Shown: piece after piece, positions 1 through 12,122 of the stretch
Layout of the letters: the number at the start of each line of letters is the position of its first letter
How positions within the stretch are numbered: the first letter of the stretch is position 1
Source: Camelus dromedarius
Taxonomy: Eukaryota
Direction: 5' to 3'
NCBI RefSeq assembly: GCF_036321535.1
Contig: NC_087436.1
Location: 52,888,001 to 52,952,000 of the forward strand
DNA: 64,000 nt
Translations under genes and position numbers: made by a program
Notes under the pieces: generated by a model
The model's input: only the letters and a program-made list of their open reading frames with translations
The model's database searches: none
What the model was told of the DNA's origin: nothing

Positions 1-1574
1 TTCAAAAATAAATAAATAAACTTTTTAATGGGAAAAGATCAATCTGGATTGAAAGACAAGAATAGTGAAAAGTGAAGGTAAGGAAATACAGAGGAGCCAG
101 TTGATAAAGTACTGAAAGTGCTAACAGTATCCACAGAAATACAATGTTTTCTCTGTCATTTCATCTTGAGAGGCAGAATACTAGTTTAAGTGGTAACATC
201 ATAGTAGTGAAATGAAGCTTAGCAGGCACAAAGTAAAAAGCCAGTGTGGAATCCTGTGTTTGCTGAGCTGATCTAAACTTTCTACTGATAGAAAATGTAG
301 AGTCAGATGAAATATGTTTCTTATTGCTGTTCATTAGGAAAAAAAAAATTGTTTGTTTCAAAGAACTTTGTAGCCCTTAAGTCATTAATCACTTTAAAGA
401 AATATTCATGTTCTTTCATGTGGCTTCTTTTGCTGAAGAGAGGGTAGGGGATAAGGTTAAGTTTTCTTCAATTCTCTTGTCATGATTCACAATTACATTG
501 TAAAGCAACTTCTCATTAATGCAGGATGTTTAAGTGCCTTAGACAATTTAGAGAAAAGCTGTGTTCAAGGGCATAACAACACTGAGTATTAACTGTAAAC
601 TGAAATGATAAATTGCTGAAAACAAGCTAAGTCAGTTAATGTGGCCTATTGCTCCACAGTATGATAGTAAATACTGTAAGTTTTTCAATAGGTGGAACTA
701 TGTTAGGTGCTGAAATAAAACACACAAACACAAAACTTGATATGTTAAAGATAAGGCATAAAACAGTGAAACTGAGGTAATATTCTGCATTATGAAATTA
801 TCATTTCTTTACTCTATCTTTTAATGGAAAATTTTGATGTATTTATTTGCTTTGTTTTTTAAAATTCATTTAGATAGTTTTTCACCTTTGTAAAGTAAAA
901 ATAGTCACATGAAATATTGCCAGTAGTCATTCTCCATGCTAATAATGTTTTCTTGGTATAATGCTTAAAAATAATAGAGTTGAAAAAGTACTTCACAGAA
1001 CGCATGCAATCTTTACAATAACCGTCTTACCATTCCCATTTTGCCCAAGAGAAGTGTAGTGGTCACAGACGCTGATTTGATCGATGTCTCTTAGCTGCGA
1101 TGTGTCGATGTCAAATTCACAGTATCTGAATTCAGTTTTTCTCCTCTTTCCACTATTGCCTCATTGCTCCTTATCTTTTGTGGTCCACATTGGTACGCTG
1201 TGAACGCTTGTACAAATTCCCTGCATGTTATTTTAGGATAGCCAAAGCAAAACAAAATTAACAACAAAAACATTTACATAGATAAACTTGTCTATTAAAG
1301 GCAGTTGAGCACAATGTCAAACAATAAAGTATCCTTTACGTGGTAAAAAGAGAGTGGCTGAGAAGCCAGCCTGGTGCATTCAAATCAGATACTGGGGTTG
1401 CCCTTTATTAAAAAAAAAATTTTAAGGACAAAACATGATGCAAAACATAGTTTTGGCCCCAAACAATGTTGAGGCCAAATGTGTTAGACTTAAAACTTTG
1501 CATGACTACAAAGCAAAGTTTACAATTTTTTTCCTCCCCTACATGAAGATACCACCTGTAGCAGTTTCATCACC

Positions 1575-3730
1575 ATTAAAATTTTTTTATTGAACTTTAA
1601 CCAGAATTTTCAAAATGTAAATATTCAATTTCAACAATGTTTTGCCATACTGGTTATCTCTCCTGCCTTAAAAAAATTCTTATTTTGGCTGGAACATTTT
1701 AAAGGAAATTCCAGAAATTCTTTCATCTTTCCTCTAAATATTTTAGTGTACGTCTTTAAAAATAATAAAATAAGGGACATGTCTTTGCATAACTAAATGC
1801 CATTATTTTATCTAATAACATTAACAATAATTCCTCAATATTATCTAATGCTAAGTTCACATTCAAATTTCCCCAGTTATCCAAATTAAAAAAAAAACAA
1901 AACAAAATTGTGGACAAAAATCGCAGCTTCCAAACAAGGTACACACACATTATCGGGTTGTACTGTCTCTTAATTCTTTTTTAAAATCTCTTAATCTAGA
2001 GCAGTGTTCTCTCTCCTTCTCTCTCCCCTTTCCTTGCTTCTCAATGCTATTTCCTTATTGGGGAAACCAGGTCATTTTCCCACATTCTAAATGTGGCTAA
2101 TAATGCTCCCTTACATTATCTGTCTGGTGTAGTTTGATTTCCAGGGGCCAAGAAGTTAGTTCTAAAGAGTTGAATAGATAGGAAATGAACTACACAGCCC
2201 CATCTATGAAATATTCTTTTAAAAAGATTATTCCAGGTAAACTTAGAAATATTATTCTCAATCTTCTAGGGAACATACTATAAAGAAAATGGTTTTGCCC
2301 TAGATTTATGACCTTTATGTGATTCATGTGAAAGTTGCAAAATGGGATTTTTTCCTAATTCTATTATTTCTTCTGTATTTATTAGCCAGAATCCTTTTGT
2401 TTAGAAGAATTTTTCCCCATCAATTACTTCAGTATAAATTGAAATATAATTCGTTGCAGAGAGACAGAATAAATGTTCACTTCTGCCCCTTTGGTTATCA
2501 ACCTTTAGAGTGACGAGTTGGCACTGCGGACACTTGCAACGGCATCCAAAGGATTTTCTTTCCTCTCTATTTCTCTCTCCTTCCCTCCTCCTACCCTTTC
2601 CTTTCGCCCTCCCTCTCTCCTCTCACTGTCCTCTTTCCTCCTTTCTTTTCTCTTCAGTTTGAACTCATTGCTTTTTCTAAGTTCAATGCATTGGACTTAA
2701 ACTTATAGTCATTTCCATGTTCAAATAATCCCATTTTGGCCAGTGGGAGATTCTTTAAACTTTTTACTGTGTCCTTTCTGAAAGACTGTATAGTTTCTGC
2801 CTCAGCCCTGAAGAAAGTCATTTCTTCAAAGATTCCTTTTAGTAGGAAATGATATTTAGAGACCAGGATCTCACCACGAGGACTGTTTACCGCTGGTGGC
2901 TTGTCATTGCTTCTAAGGCTTTTCTCTGGGGGCTAAGATACACGTTTTTTAAGAGGAGGAGGAAATTTATATGTTCTCACTGATACTTCTCTTAAATATC
3001 AGGTCACAGGGTCTTAACTTTCTTGATTTTATATTCATATCTTTTTCCTTATGCTAAATTATTGATAATTAAGGAAATTAACATACTTAATAATTTGCTT
3101 TATCCAATAATACACATATAATAATTTTAAGAATAATAATACTGATATTATTCTCAACATTGACTATTAAATGAAGTGTAAGACTGCTTGGTAGTTTTTC
3201 ATGTCTTTATAGTTCATCCCACTGAAGATTGAGACTAATACTGTTTCTGAGTTTACTTGTAATAATTTCTTTTCTCTGTTAGAATGTGGCATCAACTTAA
3301 TAGCCAGTTAGGTTTTTTAGTTCGGCTTGCTTTCAATATTTACAGATTTCTCATTAAATGTTTTAATTACATAAAAGCATTTACAACATACCAAAGTAAA
3401 AACTGTAAAACAAGAAGTTTTGCTTCCATCTCTGTCTACTCTACCTTCCTTCTTACTGTAATAATTTTTATTAATTTTTGGTTTATCAATCCACTATTGT
3501 TTCTTTCTGCAAATATAAGCAAATATGCAACTTATACAAAGCATAACGTACTAGATACCCTATTCTGTACTTTATTTCCTTTATTTAATAATATATTCTG
3601 AAGATCACTGTATATCAAGGTATAAATATCATTCACTTTCACAGCTCCATCTTACTTCCTTATGTTGCTGCACCATAGTTTATTACTAAGTTCTCTATTA
3701 ATGATCATTTGGGTTATTTCCAATCTCTTC
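1575..3730 (-). mobile_element. Degraded LINE-1 3'-end fragments (L1MC/L1ME-like), antisense
   Basis: T-rich strand with motifs resembling reverse-complemented old L1 3' UTRs (e.g. 'ttcaaatttccccagttatcc', 'ttttggccagtgggag', 'tatttagagaccaggatct'). Boundaries approximate; likely several nested fragments. Confidence 0.5.
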
Positions 3731-3946
3731 CTGTGCACGAGTTACTTTATATTTTTGCAAAGCACATTCTTTTTCAAAGTAGGAAATAATGAAAACAAGC
3801 ATTCTTCAGTATGGCATGTTTGCCAAAACTTCTCCTTCTACTGTGTAGTTTTAACAAATGAAACCAGCATCCCAATAATAACAGATTACACTGATATGTG
3901 TCTCTCCAAAACACCTCTACAGTGATTGTTTTGTTCTATAAACCAG

Positions 3947-4280
3947 GTGTATTAGTTAGGGAAGCCTAACTGCTGTAACAAACAAACTACAAATTTGTGG
4001 TGACTTAATACAATAAAAGTGCTGGTCTGGGGTTCCTGGTTGGTGGGTGGCTTTTGTGAGACTGATCATGAAGCTCTAACCTCCTTATTTTGGAATCTCC
4101 TCCCTTGCATACAACTCTCAAATAGAGAAAAAGAGGGTGGAGAAGACACACTTTTTAAAAGTGTAGAAATGACACAAGCCACTTCCACACACTTTGATGA
4201 GAACCCATCACATGGCTACCCCTCCCTGCAAGGGATCAGGAGTTCTGGTGGAACACTCAGGAAATAAAAATGCGTTTGGT
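3947..4280. mobile_element. MLT1-type (ERVL-MaLR) LTR remnant
   Basis: Starts 'tgtattagttagg...ctgctgtaacaaacaa...gtgacttaatacaataaaag', a typical MLT1J/K/L terminus. Confidence 0.55.
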
Positions 4281-6809
4281 GAACAATAAGTGAGTCTTGG
4301 TCATTCAGGGCTCTGTTATCTACTTCATATTGTTCAATAGATTTGCTCCAATGTTTATACATAAATCTATAACCCATATAAAGATCATGTTAGTGAAAAG
4401 GTACTGTGTCCTTTTTGCAAAATAGCCTTTGGACACGTGTGAAGTAAATGGAATGAGGGAGCCTATGACAGGTACAATCTTATAAATGTTTGTATTTTCA
4501 CATGAACATTCAAGGCAAAGTTTCAGCACCTATGAGTGGCTTGGGAGCTTTGGCTACCTCCAAAATATGCAGTCTGAATAAAAATGTGATGCTTTGTAAA
4601 TGGAATTTCAAGTCATGCCCCCTAGCCTTTGAGGCAATCAGATTGCCACAGGCAACCAAGAGTAGAGCCTCAATATTTCAGATCATTTTCTTTGGGAATT
4701 TTCAATATGTCATTGGAAGTTGAACTACAGTTTAAATCATCTGTAAAAAATGTTTGTAAACCAACTTAATAGAGAACACAAAATATAGAAATTTTCAAAC
4801 ATATATTTTAAAAGTTCTTGAGCTTTGATACATTTACAAATAATTAATACTCTTAAATATTATTTTATTAAAGCAAATCTACTAGTTTTTGTTTTTGGCA
4901 AAACTGTTTACTCGTCACTTGGAGTGTTATACATATCTATGTGTAAAAGTATTGTAAATTTGTTATCTGTTTATTTTTATGTATGTCATATGTGTATTTA
5001 TCTTCAAGTGCTCTGTAATTCATAATATTGATTAAAGAAGTCCTCTCTGTAAAATTAGTGCCATTATACTATGCTACAAAATCGATGATGTGAAACAGGT
5101 TTTACATTTTAATAATATACAGTAACACACTCCTCTTTCCTTATAGATTTTTGTAAAATTCCTGAATGGTCAGCTTAGTTTGGAGAAAAAGTGACTTGTT
5201 TCATTTTTGACAATTAAGATGAGTACACTGTTTTCACTTTAAAACAGGAGATAAAAATCTAAACAAAGAGCCAGCATGTAAATTTCCATATCCTGTGGTG
5301 AAATATGATAAATGACCTGGCCAGCTCTTGCCTAGAGTTGTTGGACTAATCTATTAATGGAGGAAGAGTGTCTCAGGCTGTTTCCTGCTAAGAATCTGAG
5401 CAGGAGAGAAGGCTTATTGAAGAAATTAATGACTATTTCACGAAACATCAGGACACGAGAAGACAATGAAAACAGTATTCATCTAGAATAATAACACTGA
5501 TGTCTTAAAGTTGTTCAGTTAGAGAGTGTATGAATTTCGTTTAAGACAGAGAAGATCACAGGTATGCATGGTTATAGGCACTAATTAAATCCTCTCCCCA
5601 GAAGCTTTTTACTCAGAAGTACAAAGCTATAGAAAGAGCACAGAGAACTTCCATCTGGTACTTTTATCCCTGAATATCCCCTAAGTCTATTTCTTCATCT
5701 TTTAAAATGAAGATAAGCATGTCTACTGCAGACATTTTTAGGTTGAAATCGGCCTCTAGGTCAAATTCCACTGAAAACTCATAAAATTCCTTGTAAATGT
5801 ACAGAATCATTAGGAAGTATTTTGAGCGGTTGATCTTGCTTAATACCATGTCTCAAATATCCTAAACCTAGTGACTCATTAATCATGGTCTGATAACGTT
5901 ATCTACTTCTACGAGCAAAAGCACTGCTCTTTCATTCTCTGCCTGGACCCAGACAGTATGAAATGTCCATGAGAGTAATTCTGTAACAAACTGGAAAAAA
6001 CACCTTAAAGCAGTTTTAATAGTTAACAAGATGACTCTCAGAAAGATTGTTAGCTCTATTATTTAACTTTCCCTAGGTTGCTCTGTTTTAACAAATAATT
6101 CCAAACAACCACCCACACTCCTACACACACCACACAAAAAATGAAGTTGGGAAAGTCTAAGGATGCGGAAAAGCCTTTAGATTCTGCTCTGAGCCACATC
6201 CATCCAACTGAGAGGACTGGGGAGTCACTTCTATCTGTACAAGGTTTTAATAATAGGTATGATGGCCACACCTTTTATACTGGTTTTACCCTGGGTCTGT
6301 GGAGTGGTGTGAAGTATGCATTGTTCAAAATTTTATAAAAAGTATAAATTGCATGTTTTTAGATCCTTGTCTATTTTGTGAGGGTGTGTGGCATTCCCTT
6401 TCCTCCTCAGGATGAAGTGGCATTTGGATTCTCTCTGGTACTAAGATCACTGTGTGAAATTTCAAACTTACAGAACTTAGCCAATGATCCTTCTCATTGC
6501 CTTATAACATTGGGCATACTTGACAACCAAGAGTTTTGATAAAACCCGATTTAGTCTTCGAATTTATGACATTATCATCTTTGGTAAACATAAGAGAGAA
6601 ATAAAGATCAAACACCGATTGTTCATCACCCAGAGCAGGCAGTATATATGTGACGAACACCATCTTGTTAGATGTTGTAACTACTGGCGTTTTCTGTTAT
6701 CCTATGGAGTCATGTCTAGTGAGAAACAACACTTTGCTTCTCTGGATCTTTGGCTGCTCTTCAGCTTTCAATTCTATTTCCTTTTTTTCCTTGGTACTGT
6801 CATCTGTGG

Positions 6810-7119
6810 CATCAAATTAACTAAACAAGAAGGAAATTAGACTGAGGTGGCTCTTACGCTATGGCGGTCTAGAATCTAAGCCTGTAAATGCCTCAGGGTT
6901 ATGAAATCATACCTAAAGGCAACCGACTGCTTTATGCTGCAGCAATCAAATCCTTTCCTTTCTTTGCTCCCACACCTTCTCTACAGAAGTCTTTCCCACC
7001 CCAGCTCCTGCTGGTGGAGCGCTCCGAATCACTTTTAGCTTGGCACTGCTCGATTCCAATCGAGTTTTGTTCAAATAAACTCTTAAGCTTTTTAATACGT
7101 CTCAGTTTATCTTTCAACA
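6810..7119 (+). mobile_element. ERV1-like solo LTR (3' part)
   Basis: AATAAA at 7074-7079 followed by 'ctcttaagctttttaatacgtctcagtttatctttcaaca', ending in CA. Retains several CpGs. 5' boundary and TSD not resolved. Confidence 0.55.
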
Positions 7120-7724
7120 GTTCTGCCATCATCACCTAATGTTTTTGTTAAGAATACTTCTTGGCATATATTTTTGAAAGTTTTTCTTTTACAAGCTCCT
7201 GTCTTTATTGCCAACACACTTAATAGAAAATTCCACTTGAATTCCCTGAATGTCAATTTAAATATTTCGTAACTTTCCCGACTTTTGCTCTTCCTTTTCT
7301 TTGCCCATCCACGTCTACCCTCTTGGCATCCCCATTTCGACAGATGCTACTTCATGTACTGGACCACCAATCTAAAACACCTGACTATCTTCTTCTATTC
7401 CCTCTCTCATTTATCCATGTCCACTTCCTAACTGTCAAAACCAGTCAGTTACTAAATCTGATTCTCCCTTCAAGATGTTTTACATCCTTGTCTTGGTTTC
7501 AGTATTACACTGGTTTTAGGCTTTGTACATAGGTGACATACATCATCTTTACGAGCCTTCTAACAAAAATTTTCCCTTTTGTGACTTCCCTTGTACCCCA
7601 TGCTAGATTAGTTCCCCATGCTAAAATTGAGGAACATTGTATTATCCCCTTCTCAGAAATATCAATTGGTTTCTCAGTGCCTCATGGTAAAGTCCACTAC
7701 CTTTCCCCAAGATTTAGGGTATTG

Positions 7725-8152
7725 ACTTAGGTTAAGATTTAGTTCAGCTGCAAGCGACAACACTCCAAAATAAAAGTAGCTCAAAATAGACGTAAAAGTT
7801 AAAAGAGACCCAGGGCAGGCTTGATATTTCCGAGTATCAAAGACTCTTGCTTCTTCTATTGGATTATTCCTTCATATGTTCATTTCATTATCCAAAATGG
7901 CTTTCCAACTTTGGCTTCATTCCAGTCAACCAGAAGAAGAAATGGAGAAGAAGAGTCTTGTCTCTTGTAAGGAAATTTCCTGGATCTTGTCTGTGCTGAC
8001 CACTGATGCTTACACCCTTTGGTTAAAATGTATTTTCATGGCCAAATGTACTTATATTCTGATGACCGAGTATCCCACTAAAAATTGGAAGCTCTAGTAG
8101 TGAGGAAGATGGGGAAATAAAAACAGGGTAATAACCAGGAATCTCTGCCACA
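7725..8152. mobile_element. MLT1-type (MaLR) LTR remnant
   Basis: 'ttagttcagctgcaag...ctccaaaataaaagtagctc' start and 'atctctgccaca' end resemble MLT1J-class termini. Confidence 0.5.
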
Positions 8153-9289
8153 CCTCTATATTCTAACTGCACTTCCTTATGCCAACCTGTCATTGTTGTC
8201 AACCTTTCCCCTTGTCCATTTAAACATAATCTTTTCAAAACACTTCAGTCCATGGTAGTTTTCTGTCCTGTAAACCAGAGGAATTGTTGGTTTGGTGGCC
8301 AATCAGGTACTTATTTTGTAATAGCCTTATTAATGTGGTCTAAATGATTAGAGCATTGTTTAAATTTTCTTGTCTAATCCTCTCAGCTAGATGGAGGGAA
8401 GAACCTAAGCCTTATATGTCCTGTCTCCCAGCTGCTATCGCTTGGCCTGTTGCCTGGCACCTCGTACAACTGAATGACTGTGTTCTAATTTACTTACCAA
8501 GTTGACAGCACTGACCTGGAATATATCACATCTATTCCTTTATTAGGGAAGGATTATGTATCACGTGTTATATGTGGTATTACAACCCATTTTGGTTGCA
8601 TATATTCAGACTAAGAAGACAATACAGTATGTGTTAAATGTCAACAACAATCTTGAAATTACATTAAAAACATATTATAGAAATTTTTAAAAAATCATAG
8701 GAACATTACAATGCATTTTGCAATTTAGCTGGCTGTACAATTTAGCTGGAGGGATAAGAGTTATAAAATAGTTATACAGGTGAAATATTATTTGGGAAAA
8801 CAATATCAACACACAGACTTCCTCCTTTACCCAGCAAATCCTAAAGGTCAATAATAGATAATGAAAGGATAATATGAAAAGAGCCTCAATTTTTTATTTT
8901 AAAATTAACAGCAAATTTCAAAAACTTCTGAGGATTGTTAGATATGGAAAAAATAAGTGTTGCATTAAAAGAGATATTTGGCCCCATTTTTCAATTGTTT
9001 TTCCTGAAATGGCGATGGATCAGGTAGAGCAGATTCAGCTGATCCTCTTTGTAACCTATGCGCTATATTTGTGAGCTAAATGTGTGAAATCTGTGGTCAT
9101 GGGGAGTGTATAGCTGGGAAATTTGGAATATAAATCCAGGATCTTTGTTTCACCAACACTGAGTTAAACACATAGGCTTCTTTTTATTTATGTGAAGAAT
9201 TCAGGGAGAATTATGGCCTTTGTACCACAATATTAGTACATCACAATCGAATATATGGAGTACATTCCTCACACTTCATGAAAGCCTCT

Positions 9290-9440
9290 CACAGTTCTAT
9301 GAGGCTGGTTTATCCGGTCCTGTGAATCTCTAGATAATAAATGAAGAAACTGTGGCTCAGAGTTCAGCTTACTTCAGGCCACACGGCTAGTGAGTGGCTG
9401 CCCAGAATTTTTCCCAGTTTTTCACTCTAGGTCAATGGTT
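9290..9440 (-). mobile_element. MIR SINE remnant
   Basis: MIR core 'atgaagaaactgtggctcagag...aggccacacggctagtgagtggc'. Confidence 0.6.
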
Positions 9441-10164
9441 TGTATTACACCACACCAGAACTCAATTATTGACAACTCATTGAGTCCTTGAAGGCCTATT
9501 CTCTCCAGGATGCCCTAGGTAGCAAGAACCAAGATTTCAATGGGGATTATCTAGCCAGAAGTATCCAACCTAAGTATCTATATCACGTAGGCTGGTATCA
9601 TTTGAAATAGCTGGGACGTCTGTTTGTATTTGCTTAAAAACAGGTGTTTAAAGCAAGATGTATTTGAGAAATTTTTCTCAGTTGTGAGACTATCTCTCAA
9701 ATTCTCAACATAAACTCCCAGGAATAGTAGTCAATATATATACTACTGTCAGAAAGGGGATAAAAATTACCCATAGAAAGTTTGCCTGAGTTAGGAAAAG
9801 ACTATTAAGGAGAAAGGCAGTAATAGTGGGGCAGTCTACTTTATATTAGTTTAGTTTTTTATGACAAAAGAGCACTTACTAAGTAGCTGATTGGGTGTGG
9901 CATTGAACAAAAAGAGTTACATAGCTCTGGCTATGTATATTATATACATATAATAGCACAAATACAAGTTCAGGAGAGATAAGCTAAGAATATTAACACA
10001 TATGAAATCTTCACAAAACTGCTGTGAAAAGTAGAGAAACTAATATTGTCCTATTCTCCAAAGGATGAGGAAAACATTTGAATGTATTGGGAAAAGATTT
10101 AGAAATCAAAGGTACTTTATTTCATCCCTCCCCAGCATCCAGTGTACAAGACACCGTAGTTTTT

Positions 10165-10380
10165 CAGTGCTCACTATGTGATAAACACGTTAGAGAGTAC
10201 ATTGAATACCTTCTCCTTTAATCTTTCAACAACCACGGGAAAATAGGTGTAACTATACACTTTTCACAGAAGAGGAACTTGAAGCTCCAAAAAGTTAGTA
10301 ACTACGATGACACAATGAGAAGGTAGCAAAGACAGGAATTCTTGTCTACCTGCTCCTGAGCTCATTCTCTTAACCACTAT
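10165..10380 (-). mobile_element. MIR SINE remnant
   Basis: 'tttaatctttcaacaacc...ttttcacagaagaggaacttgaagctc...ctcttaaccact'. Confidence 0.55.
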
Positions 10381-11602
10381 TCAGAGAGGTAACAATGAAT
10401 TCCTTCAGGTGGTCCTCACAGCAAAGAGCACATATTCCCCAAATTGGAAAAGGTATTACTGTTGGTTTGTGAGTCATATATCAGGAAGACAAAGTGGAGC
10501 TCAGGTTAACTATTATATCAGGTTTCATAGATTTTTAATGTCATTTTATCAATTCAGTGGGAGAACTGATTAACTCTCGCTATTGATTCCAACACAAGAA
10601 TTCCTCAGTTGCATGGGGAAGAAATAAGGCAGCTTTGACTCAAAATTGTTGGGAATCTCTTCTCTGGAACTTATCTCCCAGAAATAGAGAGGTCCTCCAA
10701 TTTGATAAAATCTTTCAAATTGAAACCCAAACTACAGTACTCAAGGGTACATATTTCAAAATTTCTTAACATCAGAAATACTGAATTATGTTTAAAATGT
10801 AATATACTATTAAACACTATAAATATGAAAGATTTAGATTAGTGTCTCCAAGCAGCTGGACATGTACACAGGTGTTATTAATCTATTAGTTGGAAGATGA
10901 AGTAGCTGGCATTATGATAGTACTGTGTGTACAGTACTATTTTTTAAAGCCTACCATTTGTAATTGATTACATGGACCATCTGTAACTGCCTGTGAATCA
11001 TGTTAGAAGTTACCCCACTGACATTTACCAAACATTTGTCATGTAGCAAAACGTTTAGCATAGAAAAGTTGACACATAATAGCTTTGGGGTTTCACTAAA
11101 TCAACTTTAGACACCTGGCTATAAGGTACAACCCATTGATGTGGAGTCTCCAGAAAAATATGGCTTATGATTTGATTAAAGAATACTGCCTCACTCCAAG
11201 CCCTCTGTGCCTTTTGTGACCAGCGAGGTGACTTTACTCCACCGTTTTTACCGTGAAACGATCCCGGGATTTTTTGGGGGGGAGAGGCAGGGGTTCAAAA
11301 CTGATGAGGAAAGAAGGGAGATACAGCTGCAAATGGGAGCACAGCGTCGTGATCAGTTGGTGGCTGGGGACTCGCCTAGGGGGAAGAAACGCGGAATCGC
11401 TATCAATGCTATAGTTCGAGGAGTCGAGGCGCGTTCGCGCCACCTGTCAGACCGGAGGAGCAGCCAGGGATGCAGAGGGGGCGGGGTGGAGGGGACCCAG
11501 GGACCCGGAAGAAGGCTGCGGACCAGAGGGTCTCGTCTGTGAGATGCTCCTGTGGCAGGGGGGAGGGCGAGAACGAGGGCAGGCTAGACCCCGCGGAGAT
11601 TT

Positions 11603-12024
11603 CACGTGGTCTACGGAACCAGGCTAAGAGACGAAGGGGGCCGGGGGATGGCGGGGCGCTACTGAGTGCCCCTCCCCTGAGCCTCTCAGCTCCTCCTCTC
11701 GGACACGTGACCACAGGCGGCGGGTCCCCTAACTCCCGCAGCGTAGCTCGCTGTGTTTCTTCCCTCCCGCCGCCGTGCCCTTCTTCTCCCAGTTCCCATC
11801 CCTCCACCCTCCCCCACCTCCTTCCCCACGCCCCAATAGCAGCTCGAGCTGCGAAGCGCCCGCCCCTCCGCCCTTTGCATCGCTTGCTCATTGGCCGAGG
11901 CTTCAAGGACGCGTCCCGAGGGCGGGTGGCAGCCATTGGTGGGATGAGCAATCCGAGTTCCCGGATGAGGGAACATTCTGCAGTATAAAGGGAGCGGGGA
12001 AGGCGGGAGACAGCGCAGTTTGAA
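11603..12024 (+). promoter_or_regulatory. H2AZ1: H2AZ1 core and proximal promoter
   Basis: E-boxes CACGTG at 11603-11608 and 11704-11709. CCAAT at 11833-11837; inverted CCAAT (ATTGG) at 11890-11894 and 11935-11939. GC box GGGCGG at 11920-11925. TATAAA at 11984-11989. CHR-like TTTGAA at 12019-12024 near the expected TSS. Confidence 0.85.
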
Positions 12025-12119
12025 TCGCGGTGCGACGAAGGAGTAGGCGGCGGGCTCTCGCTGGGTGTCTGACTAGTCCTTTCTCTGCCCTGCTTGTTTG
12101 AGCTTCAGCAGAATTCGAA

Positions 12120-12122
12120 ATG
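12120..12122 (+). CDS. H2AZ1: H2AZ1 coding exon 1 (ATG only)
   Basis: 'cgaaATG|gtaaac'; donor GT at 12123. Confidence 0.93.

Noticed and set aside
161..11200. 60-110 aa ORFs in the upstream AT-rich region and in introns
   Set aside because: Random or repeat-derived composition, many non-ATG starts, no exon structure or recognisable homology.
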